Positions 18,936-27,265 are shown, numbered from the stretch's first letter. The stretch is DNA of 64,000 bases from Thermoplasmata archaeon (GCA_049584655.1 JBAUYF010000007.1:27288-91287), one strand, 5' to 3'. Notes: generated from the sequence alone by a model not told the origin. Made by a program: numbers and translations.

Positions 18936-19214
18936 TATTTTCTCGATCTCGGGGCCCGGGTATTCGCAGCGCGGGCGAAACGGCAGGGAGTCACCGTCGA
19001 CCATCAAGAGTTCGACGGCGTGCACGGCGATGGCGGTCGGCGTTACGAAGCGATGTACACGGGCGTCCTCCGCGCTTTGGGCTTCCCGTCTTGAAACTCC
19101 GATCTCTCAAACCGACGCAAGACCTAAGAGCCCGAGAATCGACCGTAGGGGCGTAATGCCGTCCGATCACGGAGGTTCGACGACTTTGCCCGGCGCCGAG
19201 GGGAGGGAACGGCG

Positions 19215-19367
19215 ATGATTCAGGACGGCAAGATCGTCTGTGATGAGTGTAAGTCGGTAATCACGCGCGTCACCGTCCTGCCCCCGGAAGGATGGCCCAA
19301 ACTCCACTCTTTGTGCTCGAAATGCTATGCCGCGGCACGCGACCGCGCCGAGCCACGGCTCACGTAA
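19215..19367 (+). CDS. small zinc-ribbon protein (50 aa)
   Basis: MIQDGKIVCDECKSVITRVTVLPPEGWPKLHSLCSKCYAAARDRAEPRLT. CxxC...CxxC pattern, with GGGAGGG about 8 nt upstream of the ATG. Below the ORF-track length cutoff. Confidence 0.45.
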   Translation: MIQDGKIVCDECKSVITRVTVLPPEGWPKLHSLCSKCYAAARDRAEPRLT

Positions 19368-19382
19368 GCCGTCGCCCTGCGA

Positions 19383-19934
19383 TTATGAGGTCGCGTCGAC
19401 GACCGCCGCCCCGAGCGATGCGGCTTCGTCTTCGATCCACGCGAGCACGACGAAATACCAGCTCATGGCGAGCAGTAGCGGGAGTTCCGGATGGGTTCGA
19501 CCGAGCGGGTCAATCGACACGAGGGCCCCCACGAGCCGACCGGATTGACGAACCGGCTCGATCTCGAGTAACTTCGTCTCTTTCGAGTCGCAAAGATTCC
19601 ACGCCGGCACCAAGAGGCCCGCGCGTCGAAAGGAGTAGGATGCGCCCCCCCGGATTTCTAAGAGATGAGACCGCGAATGGACGGTCATCCGGGCGAGGTC
19701 GACGTTCTGCCCCGGTCGACGCGCGGTGAGATGTGGGTTGAGAAAGCCGGAGCGCTTGAGCGTCCACTCGTCCCCGACGGTCGCCACATGCGCGAGCGAC
19801 CCAATGTGCTTTTCCCAACTCATGACCGCGACGGTCGCGTCGCCGGCCTTTAACGCGTACTCGTGCCGGTCTTCCGTCGATCGGACCCAACGAACGGTGT
19901 TGAGGTCGGCGGCAGCGAAGGCAGTGAGTTCCAT
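19383..19934 (-). CDS. hypothetical protein
   Basis: 183 aa, beta-rich soluble N-part and a hydrophobic C-terminal segment (LPLLLAMSWYFVVLAWI). No family recognised. Confidence 0.5.
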   Translation of the reverse strand: MELTAFAAADLNTVRWVRSTEDRHEYALKAGDATVAVMSWEKHIGSLAHVATVGDEWTLKRSGFLNPHLTARRPGQNVDLARMTVHSRSHLLEIRGGASYSFRRAGLLVPAWNLCDSKETKLLEIEPVRQSGRLVGALVSIDPLGRTHPELPLLLAMSWYFVVLAWIEDEAASLGAAVVDATS

Positions 19935-20021
19935 CGGGGCGGCCCACCGTCGCGCCCGTTCTTAAGGGAACCGGCCGGGTTGCAGCCGATTCGGATTTTC
20001 CGAGCTCGCATGAGCGCGGAA

Positions 20022-20738
20022 TCACGATTTTGACGGCGAACTCCGACGAAGACCATCCAGGTCGTGCTTCAACAGATCGAGCTCATGGACCGCCACATCG
20101 CTTTCACCTTCCGAAGCGAGCGGAGTGAGGGGAATGGCCGCCCGGGCCGGAGGGGGAGGAGGCGGCGGAGGAGGCAAGAACGAAGTCGCCGGGCCGGCCA
20201 CGGATGCCGCCTTCACGGAGACCCCCCGTACGCCCCCCGGGTCCAACCTTCGAGACTTCGAAGAAATCACCGCCGGAGTACGGGGAGGGGGTGACGGAAG
20301 TGTCCGTAGGGATCCCGCGGAGGTCGATTTTCTTGGCGGGGCCGTTGGAGTTTCCTCCGGTTCATCCTCCTCGGCGAAATAGGAAATGACTCCGCCAACA
20401 CCGGCCACGATTCCGAGCACCAAGAACAAGATCCACAGATGGAAACCGCCGGCACCCACCGTCGGCTCGAGCGACCAGGTGAGAAGGGCTCCGACCAGCA
20501 GGATCCAGGATGGGAAGAGCAGCGGGAAGCAGCCCCCGATGCGGCGGAAGAAATCATTCGGGGCGCGCCGTTCTGCTGGATCCGGTCGACCATGTACATC
20601 GGGAAGGGGCCGACCGGTAACGCGGGGGGCGGGCGGGTCCGGGGAGGACGCAGGCGTCAGGGCGTCTTCGTCCCAATCGGGGGCATACATGCTGTGGGGA
20701 GCCATCGGCGCAATCTGGAATAATTCGAGGAGGGCCAA
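20022..20738 (-). CDS. proline-rich membrane protein (hypothetical)
   Basis: 238 aa with two central TM helices flanked by Pro-rich disordered arms. Includes nine consecutive Pro codons at 20148-20174. Confidence 0.5.
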   Translation of the reverse strand: MALLELFQIAPMAPHSMYAPDWDEDALTPASSPDPPAPRVTGRPLPDVHGRPDPAERRAPNDFFRRIGGCFPLLFPSWILLVGALLTWSLEPTVGAGGFHLWILFLVLGIVAGVGGVISYFAEEDEPEETPTAPPRKSTSAGSLRTLPSPPPRTPAVISSKSRRLDPGGVRGVSVKAASVAGPATSFLPPPPPPPPPARAAIPLTPLASEGESDVAVHELDLLKHDLDGLRRSSPSKS

Positions 20739-20742
20739 TTCA

Positions 20743-21111
20743 ATGTATCGCCGCTGTGGCGAGGCAGGGTGGCCCTGGTCGACTTCGACTCGTAAGGGGA
20801 CGGTCTACCGCCGAACGGGGCTGGGCTTATGCGGAACTACTTCCTATCCCGAAGCCGGAGGATTTCTGCCGCACTACACGTTGGCTCCCGCCTCGCCCAC
20901 TCGAGATCCAGAGAGGGAATTCGACCTTTGTTCTCGTTGCATGGTCGAACCCGAGATTATTCGGGTGGTCGCCGTAAAGAAATCCGGGCTTGCCTTGGGT
21001 TCCGATGCCAATCCAGCCGTTATCAAGGTCCCGCACACGTCCTACGATTTCGCGCCGCGACCAATTCCGTGCATCTCGTGTGCCCGGATACTATCCGCGG
21101 ACGACGATTGA
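20743..21111 (+). CDS. hypothetical Cys-rich protein
   Basis: Internal ATG 20743 preceded by GAGGAGGG. MYRRCGEAGW...CSRC...CISC suggests metal binding. The upstream part of ORF 20386..21111 is antisense to 20022..20738. Confidence 0.4.
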   Translation: MYRRCGEAGWPWSTSTRKGTVYRRTGLGLCGTTSYPEAGGFLPHYTLAPASPTRDPEREFDLCSRCMVEPEIIRVVAVKKSGLALGSDANPAVIKVPHTSYDFAPRPIPCISCARILSADDD

Positions 21112-21122
21112 ACTCCGGAACG

Positions 21123-21488
21123 CTACCGCTTCGCGACGAGAAACAAGATCCCGCTGATCAAGAGGCAGAGGGAGGCCAGGATCGCAAGAACGCCGGACGC
21201 AAAACCTAACGCGAGCCATCCGACGACCGCCATTACCACGAGGATGATCCCGGCCGCCAAACTCTCGTCGCCCCATCGTGACCTTCCGAGAATCGCAAAA
21301 AATCCGGCGATAAGCCCGACGACAATGAAAACGATCGACTGATCCAGGGACGAGAACGACGCCCCCGCTCGATGAGTCGCGAGGAAAAAGGCGCCCTTGA
21401 AGAAGTCAAAGATGCCGTCTAAGACCAGTAAGGCAGCCCCCAGCAAGCCAAACAGCAATCCAAGCGGGCGGTCCGAGCGGTACGTCAC
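21123..21488 (-). CDS. hypothetical four-TM membrane protein
   Basis: 121 aa with four hydrophobic helices. Confidence 0.55.
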   Translation of the reverse strand: MTYRSDRPLGLLFGLLGAALLVLDGIFDFFKGAFFLATHRAGASFSSLDQSIVFIVVGLIAGFFAILGRSRWGDESLAAGIILVVMAVVGWLALGFASGVLAILASLCLLISGILFLVAKR

Positions 21489-21765
21489 AGTCCCTCCTCA
21501 GCTACCGCGTGCGCCTCCGGCTCGGGAGGATATAAACCGTTCACGCTCGGCCCCGACGGCATGTCGCATTCTAGCTCTCCGAATGACATTCGATCCGAGC
21601 GAGTTAGTGTCTAGCCCCGGAGCAAGGAAGCCTCCCCTTGCCCAAATCGGGAATCTCGACGAACAGTCGCGCCCGAATACGCAACTGTCGTGGCCCATCC
21701 GTCGTAGGAAAGGTCGGAAATCCGAGGGCAAGGTTTTTCATCTCGGCCCGGACTCCAAACGCCGC

Positions 21766-21872
21766 GGCCGGGATGGGGTAGCTTGGCCTATCCTGGGGGA
21801 CTGTGGATCCCTCGACCCGGGTTCAAAGAGAGGCGGGAACCACCCCACCTCTGGGAACTCTCGGTCCCGGCC
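21766..21872 (+). tRNA. tRNA-His (GUG) with a 31-nt insertion (putative intron) in the T-loop
   Basis: G-1 (21766) faces C73 (21872), the tRNA-His hallmark. Acceptor stem GCCGGGA pairs with UCCCGGC. The D-arm has A14, G18G19 and A21. Anticodon stem GGGGA/UCCCU carries loop CUGUGGA, giving anticodon GUG. T-stem CCGGG pairs with CUCGG, and UUCAAA...U is interrupted by 21828-21858. The tRNA ends exactly 1 nt before the stop codon of the convergent HAD gene. No encoded CCA. Confidence 0.75.
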
Positions 21873-22775
21873 CTACCGCCGCCGCCCCGGCTTCTTCGCG
21901 CCCCTGCGGGACGATTTCTTACGGTTCGACGCCTTCGATGGACCGCGCTCAAGTTCGGCGAGTTTTTCGGGGAGCGCCGACAACGAGTAGTCCGCCCACG
22001 CGGCTCCCCAGCTTCGAAGATCTTCGGGGGTTAGTCCCCAACCGTGAAGCGACGATGCGCGCCCGATGGGAGTGACCCCTTCCACCGAAGCGGCAGCTTC
22101 CATATCGAATCGGGAGTCCCCGATCAAAAAGATCCGTGCGCCCGGATACCGCCGTCGGTACTCCTGGAGATGTTCCCGCTTCGTGCCTTGCGCCGAGCCC
22201 AAGACATCCTCGAACCAGAATCGCAATCCCTCGCGTTCGAGCAGCAAATCCGCCATCTCGGTTTCCGCTCCCGTCGAGATCACGAGGGTCCAGTGTTCTT
22301 GTGAGAGCCGTTTCAATAGCTTGGGCACCTCGGGGAACGGGCCCGCATGGGCATACGCTTCCGTTACCTTGCGGCCGTGGAACGTCCGGGCTGTGGCGGC
22401 TCGGAGCGTTGCCGGGGCATTTCCGTAGAGCTGGGACAGTTGAGCTTCGAATGGCATGCCGGTCGTGGCGAGGTAGTGAATGCGACCCTCTTCGATCGGA
22501 GTTCCAAAGGCGGTATGCATGACATCCGCGGCCACATGGCTGATGAGGGAGATATCGTCGAGAATCGTGCCATCCATGTCGAAGACGACGACTCCGCGTT
22601 CAACGTGAGTAGGAACAACTTCGCGCGGGAGGGTCGGGAGCCGGGAGATTTCGGAGAACTGGGAGGCGGCAGAGGAGACGATCGGGAGTTCGAGGCCTTC
22701 CAAGGGAGCGTCCGGAGGAGCGGGTTCCGGAGGTGGTGACGAGGAGTGAGAGGGCTTGCGGGCGCGCGGCTTCAT
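21873..22775 (-). CDS. HAD-superfamily hydrolase (phosphatase-like) with basic C-terminal tail
   Basis: HAD motif I VVFDMDGTILDD, motif II VISTG and motif IV IGDSRFDMEAA. Pro-rich N-extension and tail NRKKSSRRGAKKPGRRR. True start uncertain. Confidence 0.8.
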   Translation of the reverse strand: MKPRARKPSHSSSPPPEPAPPDAPLEGLELPIVSSAASQFSEISRLPTLPREVVPTHVERGVVVFDMDGTILDDISLISHVAADVMHTAFGTPIEEGRIHYLATTGMPFEAQLSQLYGNAPATLRAATARTFHGRKVTEAYAHAGPFPEVPKLLKRLSQEHWTLVISTGAETEMADLLLEREGLRFWFEDVLGSAQGTKREHLQEYRRRYPGARIFLIGDSRFDMEAAASVEGVTPIGRASSLHGWGLTPEDLRSWGAAWADYSLSALPEKLAELERGPSKASNRKKSSRRGAKKPGRRR

Positions 22776-22892
22776 CGGCCGGGGGAGCCCAGCCCCCTCT
22801 TAAGAGCCGCCTCGCCCTTTACCTCGACCTATCAGGACTCACGAGTTGCCTTGGGTAACTCCGTCCGGCCCTTAGCACGAGCGAGGAATACG

Positions 22893-24248
22893 ATGCATCC
22901 GAGCCGAGCGATCCGAGGTCGAACTTCGCAGCTGTTGAGCAAGCGCCGGATAATTCTCGGAATATCTGGGTCCATCGCTGCAGTCGAAGTCGTTCGAATC
23001 ATTCGAGAGCTAATCCGACACGGTGCGGATGTTCAAGCTGTCATGAGCGCCGAGGCGACTCGTATCATTACCCCGGAGGCGGTCGCGTTCGCAACGGGTC
23101 ATCCTCCCGTGACCCAGCTCTCCGGCGCGGTGGAACATGTTTCGTTCCTTGGCCCGGGGGAAGATCGGGCCGACCTATTCCTCATCGCTCCCGCCACCGC
23201 CAACACGATCTCCAAGATCGCCCACGGTATCGATGACACTCCCGTGACTTCGTTCGCCTCCGTGGCCCTGGGCGGGGGCGTACCGATCCTGATCGCTCCG
23301 GCGATGCACGCGCACATGGGACGCAACCCGGCGGTTCAGGAAAGTCTCGACCGCCTACGCGGCTGGGGTGTCGGAGTTATTGCCTCCCAAGCCGCGGAAG
23401 GAGAGGAGAAGCTCGCGACGCCCGAAGAGGTTGCGGCGGCCGTACTCCATCGACTCGCACGCGGACCTTGGGTCGGTGGAAGCGTGATCGTTATCGGAGG
23501 TGCCTCACGGGAGTCGATAGATGAGGTCCGATCGATCACGAATGAGAGCAGCGGGACGTTCGCCGTCGCGCTTGCCACCCAAGCGCACTATCGGGGCGCC
23601 GATGTTCAGTTTTGGGCGGGCGCGTTGCAAGTGCCCGTTCCCACCTTCTTGTCTCGACAGTCTTGGCGAGGAGTCACCGACCTGATCGAGTTGGCTCGAT
23701 CGCATGCCTTGGAGCTCTCGGCCGCCCGAGCCGTGATCGTACCGGCGGCATTGTCTGACTTTTCAGTCTCCAGCCTCCCCGGGAAAATATCTTCCCGAGA
23801 ACATCCGACGCTCTCGTTGAAGCTGGATCGTGCGCCGAAGGTACTCCCCGAACTCCGGCGATTAGCTCCCCCGCCGGTACGATTGGTGGGATTCAAGCTT
23901 GAAGCGGACACCGCCCCCGCCGCACTCGAGCGGGAGGGTCGTGCGATGTTGGAGGAGGCGCACCTCGACTGGGTGATTGCCAATGACGCGAAGACGCTCG
24001 GAAATCTCAATGTCAACGCCTACGTGCTCAAGCGATCCGGGGGTGGCCACTGGATTCAAGGGCCCAAGGCAGAAGTTGCCGGGAAGATTTGGGACGACCT
24101 TGGGCGCGAAATCGCCGACATCCCATCAACGACGGCGGTGGCATCCGTGTCCGCTTCGGCGAGAACGGCTGACTCGCAAGGATCGCGTCACGGGTCGCTG
24201 CGACGCCGTGCGGCGCGGGGTGGACGGCGCCGGGCCCGTCGGTCTTAA
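22893..24248 (+). CDS. coaBC: bifunctional phosphopantothenoylcysteine decarboxylase / phosphopantothenate-cysteine ligase
   Basis: N-terminal flavoprotein domain (ILGISGSIAAVE, IAPATANTISKIAHGIDD) followed by a DFP ligase domain (ITNESSG, KLD). Start at ATG 22893. Confidence 0.9.
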   Translation: MHPSRAIRGRTSQLLSKRRIILGISGSIAAVEVVRIIRELIRHGADVQAVMSAEATRIITPEAVAFATGHPPVTQLSGAVEHVSFLGPGEDRADLFLIAPATANTISKIAHGIDDTPVTSFASVALGGGVPILIAPAMHAHMGRNPAVQESLDRLRGWGVGVIASQAAEGEEKLATPEEVAAAVLHRLARGPWVGGSVIVIGGASRESIDEVRSITNESSGTFAVALATQAHYRGADVQFWAGALQVPVPTFLSRQSWRGVTDLIELARSHALELSAARAVIVPAALSDFSVSSLPGKISSREHPTLSLKLDRAPKVLPELRRLAPPPVRLVGFKLEADTAPAALEREGRAMLEEAHLDWVIANDAKTLGNLNVNAYVLKRSGGGHWIQGPKAEVAGKIWDDLGREIADIPSTTAVASVSASARTADSQGSRHGSLRRRAARGGRRRARRS

Positions 24249-24280
24249 TAGCCGCGGCACCTGCGCGGCCGAGGTTTCGC

Positions 24281-25420
24281 ATGGTGAAACTGGCCGAATG
24301 GCGAGGCAAAGAGATTCTGCGCCGGTACGCCATTCCGCTTCCTCGGGGGCAGGTAGCCCGAACCCCCCAGGAAGCTGCGGAAGTCATCCGAGCCGGGCGC
24401 GTACCGCTCCCCGCCGTCATCAAGGCTCAAGTCCTGGCCGGAGGCCGGGGGAAGGGCGGGTTCGTCCGTTTCGGGAACACCGCCGAGGAAGTCAGTCTGG
24501 CGGCGGCCGGAATCCTCGGACTTGAATTCAAGGGCGAGAAAGTCAAAGAGGTTCTGATCGAAGAGAAGCTCTCGATCGGACGAGAGCTCTATGTTTCGCT
24601 AACTCTCGATCGGAGCCTCCGACTGCCGGTCCTTCTGACGAGCGCCCAAGGAGGAGTGGAGATCGAATCCGTCCCGGACGACCAGTTGGTCCGACAGTCG
24701 ATCCACCCGTTCACGGGGTTGGTCACTTACGAGAAGAGACGGGCGGGCCAATCGCTCGGCCTCTCCGGTGGTCCAGCCAAAGCGTTGAATCCCCTCCTCG
24801 ACGCTCTGTGGCAGATCTTCGAGAAGGAAGATGCCGAACTGGTCGAGATCAATCCGCTCGCCATTGTAGGTGATGGCTTGGTCGCCCTCGACGCGAAAGT
24901 AATTATCGAGGACGATGCCGGATTCCGCCACCCCGACTACGCGACAATACTCGATGATCGAACTCCGCTCGAAGAGATCGCGCGCGAGAAAGAGATTGCC
25001 TTTGTCCAATTGGATGGGAACATTGGCGTCATCGCGAATGGCGCGGGATTGACCATGGCCACGTTGGACGTGCTCAAGGAGTTCGGCGGTGACCCCGGCG
25101 TTTTCCTCGACCTCGGAGGGACCGACGACCCGGCGAAGGTCACCGAGGCGTTTCTCCTCATGGCCAAAGCAAAGCCGAAGGTCGTCTTCCTCAACATCTT
25201 CGGCGGGGTCACCCGCTGCGATACGGTCGCGCGGGGCTTAGTCGAGGCGATGAAGCAAGTTGTCCCCGCCGAGCGATTCCCACTCGTCGCTCGAATTCGC
25301 GGTAACAACGAGAACGAGGGCCGCGCAATCCTCAAGGAAGCAGGAATAACCTCCCTCTCCAATCTGAAAGAGTCCGCCCAGGCCGTGGTCGCGCTCGCCC
25401 ACCCGGGAGTTTCGTCATGA
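24281..25420 (+). CDS. sucC: succinate-CoA ligase (ADP-forming) beta subunit
   Basis: ATP-grasp N-domain (EWRGKEILRRYAIP, VIKAQVLAGGRGKGG) and C-domain (GNIGVIANGAGLTMAT). 4-nt overlap with the alpha subunit gene. Confidence 0.9.
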   Translation: MVKLAEWRGKEILRRYAIPLPRGQVARTPQEAAEVIRAGRVPLPAVIKAQVLAGGRGKGGFVRFGNTAEEVSLAAAGILGLEFKGEKVKEVLIEEKLSIGRELYVSLTLDRSLRLPVLLTSAQGGVEIESVPDDQLVRQSIHPFTGLVTYEKRRAGQSLGLSGGPAKALNPLLDALWQIFEKEDAELVEINPLAIVGDGLVALDAKVIIEDDAGFRHPDYATILDDRTPLEEIAREKEIAFVQLDGNIGVIANGAGLTMATLDVLKEFGGDPGVFLDLGGTDDPAKVTEAFLLMAKAKPKVVFLNIFGGVTRCDTVARGLVEAMKQVVPAERFPLVARIRGNNENEGRAILKEAGITSLSNLKESAQAVVALAHPGVSS

Positions 25421-26301
25421 GCGTTCTCGTCGACGAATCGACCCGCGTCGTAGTCCAAGGGATCACCGGTCACCAGGGGACGGTCCACACGCGACAGATG
25501 CGGGCCTTCGGCACCAAGGTCGTCGCCGGCGTCACTCCCGGAAAGGGGGGTTCCACGGTCGAAGACGTTCCGGTGTTCGATACGGTCCGCGAGGCGGTCG
25601 ACCGAACCGAGGCGAACGCGGCTTGCATTTTCGTCCCCGCACCTTACACAAAGGACGCACTCATCGAGTCGGTAGACGCCGGCCTCCGACTGGCCGTCAT
25701 CGTCACGGAGCACATTCCGTTCCACGATATGCTTGTGATGTACCACTACGCCCGCGCCGAAGGCGCTCGGATCATTGGCCCAAACTGCCCCGGCATCGCC
25801 GCGCCTGGGAAAGCCAAGGTCGGGATTATTCCAAATGTCGTGTTCCAACCCGGACGGATCGGGGTGATTTCGCGCAGCGGGACCTTGACCTATGAGATCG
25901 TGAACGGGATCAAGGAACACGGACTCGGCCAGAGCACCTGTATCGGACTGGGAGGGGATCCCGTCGTCGGAACTTCTTTTGTGGACGCGCTCCCGTTCTT
26001 CGAGAAGGACCCGGAGACCGACCTCCTCGTGCTCGTCGGCGAGATCGGCGGAACAGCCGAGGAGGACGCCGCCGAGTACATCCGAGATCACTTCACCAAG
26101 CCGGTCGTCGCCTACGTCGCCGGCCGCTCGGCTCCCCCAGGAAAGCGAATGGGCCATGCGGGTGCGATCATCGCACGAGGCAAGGGAACCGCGGAGAGCA
26201 AGCTCAAAGCTTTGCAGGCAGCCGGCGCCGTCGTGGCACGATTTCCCTACGAGATCCCCGACCTCGTAGCGCAGCGTTGGAAGGTATCGAATCGCCGATG
26301 A
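25417..26301 (+). CDS. sucD: succinate-CoA ligase alpha subunit
   Basis: [23 protein letters not shown], and the phosphohistidine loop GHAGAII. Confidence 0.9.
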   Translation: MSVLVDESTRVVVQGITGHQGTVHTRQMRAFGTKVVAGVTPGKGGSTVEDVPVFDTVREAVDRTEANAACIFVPAPYTKDALIESVDAGLRLAVIVTEHIPFHDMLVMYHYARAEGARIIGPNCPGIAAPGKAKVGIIPNVVFQPGRIGVISRSGTLTYEIVNGIKEHGLGQSTCIGLGGDPVVGTSFVDALPFFEKDPETDLLVLVGEIGGTAEEDAAEYIRDHFTKPVVAYVAGRSAPPGKRMGHAGAIIARGKGTAESKLKALQAAGAVVARFPYEIPDLVAQRWKVSNRR

Positions 26302-26525
26302 CCCCTGGGGATGGACGCCCGGCATCGGTCGAGGAAGCAGGCGAGATGTGCGCCGTTCCCGGCTGCGGGGGCGAATCGGTCCGCCACCTTTCGTTGGCGG
26401 AAGCTCGAAAAGTGTTCACCTCGCTCCCCGAAAGGGGCCGACGAGCGCCGTTATGTCGAGACCATTACAAAGAATGGAAAAAGCGGACCAAGGAAGCCCG
26501 CAAGCTCGACCGACTGACGTGGTAA
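26298..26525 (+). CDS. small zinc-finger protein translationally coupled to sucD
   Basis: ATG 26298 overlaps the sucD TGA (ATGA). Sequence reads CAVPGCGGESVRH...LCRDHYKEWKK, a C-x2-C...C-x2-H pattern. Confidence 0.5.
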   Translation: MTPGDGRPASVEEAGEMCAVPGCGGESVRHLSLAEARKVFTSLPERGRRAPLCRDHYKEWKKRTKEARKLDRLTW

Positions 26526-26595
26526 GGCGTCTCGAACGAGTTCTCCGATTCGCCAGGAACGGGTTTTGGGGACCCGAACCTCTCAGGTCCCCTAC

Positions 26596-26703
26596 TTACT
26601 GTTTCCGCATCTTTTGCGCCCGCATGCGTCGGCGCATCCGCTTCTTGCGCCATTTCCACCGCATGTGGCCGCGTTTCTTCCAAACGCGCGAGCTACGTTT
26701 CAT
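26596..26703 (-). CDS. rpl41e: ribosomal protein eL41 (L41e), 35 aa
   Basis: MKRSSRVWKKRGHMRWKWRKKRMRRRMRAQKMRKQ. The core WKWRKKRMRR...KMR matches the eL41 consensus KWRKKRMRRLKRKRRKMR. A TTAATAAG TATA-like box lies about 44 nt upstream. Too short for the ORF track. Confidence 0.6.
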   Translation of the reverse strand: MKRSSRVWKKRGHMRWKWRKKRMRRRMRAQKMRKQ

Positions 26704-26848
26704 TCAGTTCTCGTCCAGAGCGGCGCGGGTTACTTTCGTCCGCTTATTAAGGTGCCCGAGGGACGCCCCGTCTGTCCGAGGTGAAACTCGTGCCTCGCCC
26801 GCCGCGGGCGCCCCGGCCCTTATGTAGGAGCCGCCACTCGGCTCGATT

Positions 26849-27265
26849 GTGCTGGACACGGCCGACCTCGAGGTGAATATTCTCGAATTCCACGGCAAGA
26901 ACTTCGCCTTCGATCGTTTGGCCTCCCTCGCCGAGGAGGAATTTGCGATCTTCCTGCGGACCGAGACCGAAAGCGAGAGCAAGTTGCGCCCGAAGCTCGT
27001 TCGCCTACGCGTCGTCGTGCCGCGCGAGTGGGTCCTCTTCGATTTGGCGGCCGACCTTTTGGTCTTGGGGCGTGACGGAAAAACGCCGGGCGCTCGCTCG
27101 ACCGAAGCGGCGATCGAGGCGGCGGCGGAAAAGGCTGAGTTCAAAGAACAAGGGATCACCTGGCGCCGCGCCAAGCTGGCGGACGGAGGGTTCGCGTACG
27201 TCCCCGAGGAGCTGGCCTCTCAGCTGCTCGAATCCGGCGGCCTCGCGTCGCTCGGCGTCCAGTGA
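26849..27265 (+). CDS. hypothetical acidic protein
   Basis: 138 aa with a GTG start, protein-like composition and good GC3. No family recognised. Confidence 0.5.
   Translation: MLDTADLEVNILEFHGKNFAFDRLASLAEEEFAIFLRTETESESKLRPKLVRLRVVVPREWVLFDLAADLLVLGRDGKTPGARSTEAAIEAAAEKAEFKEQGITWRRAKLADGGFAYVPEELASQLLESGGLASLGVQ

Noticed and set aside
24937-26325. 462-aa ORF on the minus strand opposite sucC/sucD. Similar long antisense or off-frame ORFs include 35681..36823, 37574..38731, 39811..40701, 48537..49424, 50844..51890 and 59720..61009.
   Set aside because: These are shadow ORFs typical of GC-rich DNA. Their translations are Arg/Pro/Gly-rich low-complexity sequence with no motifs, and each lies opposite or out of frame to a gene with clear family signatures.
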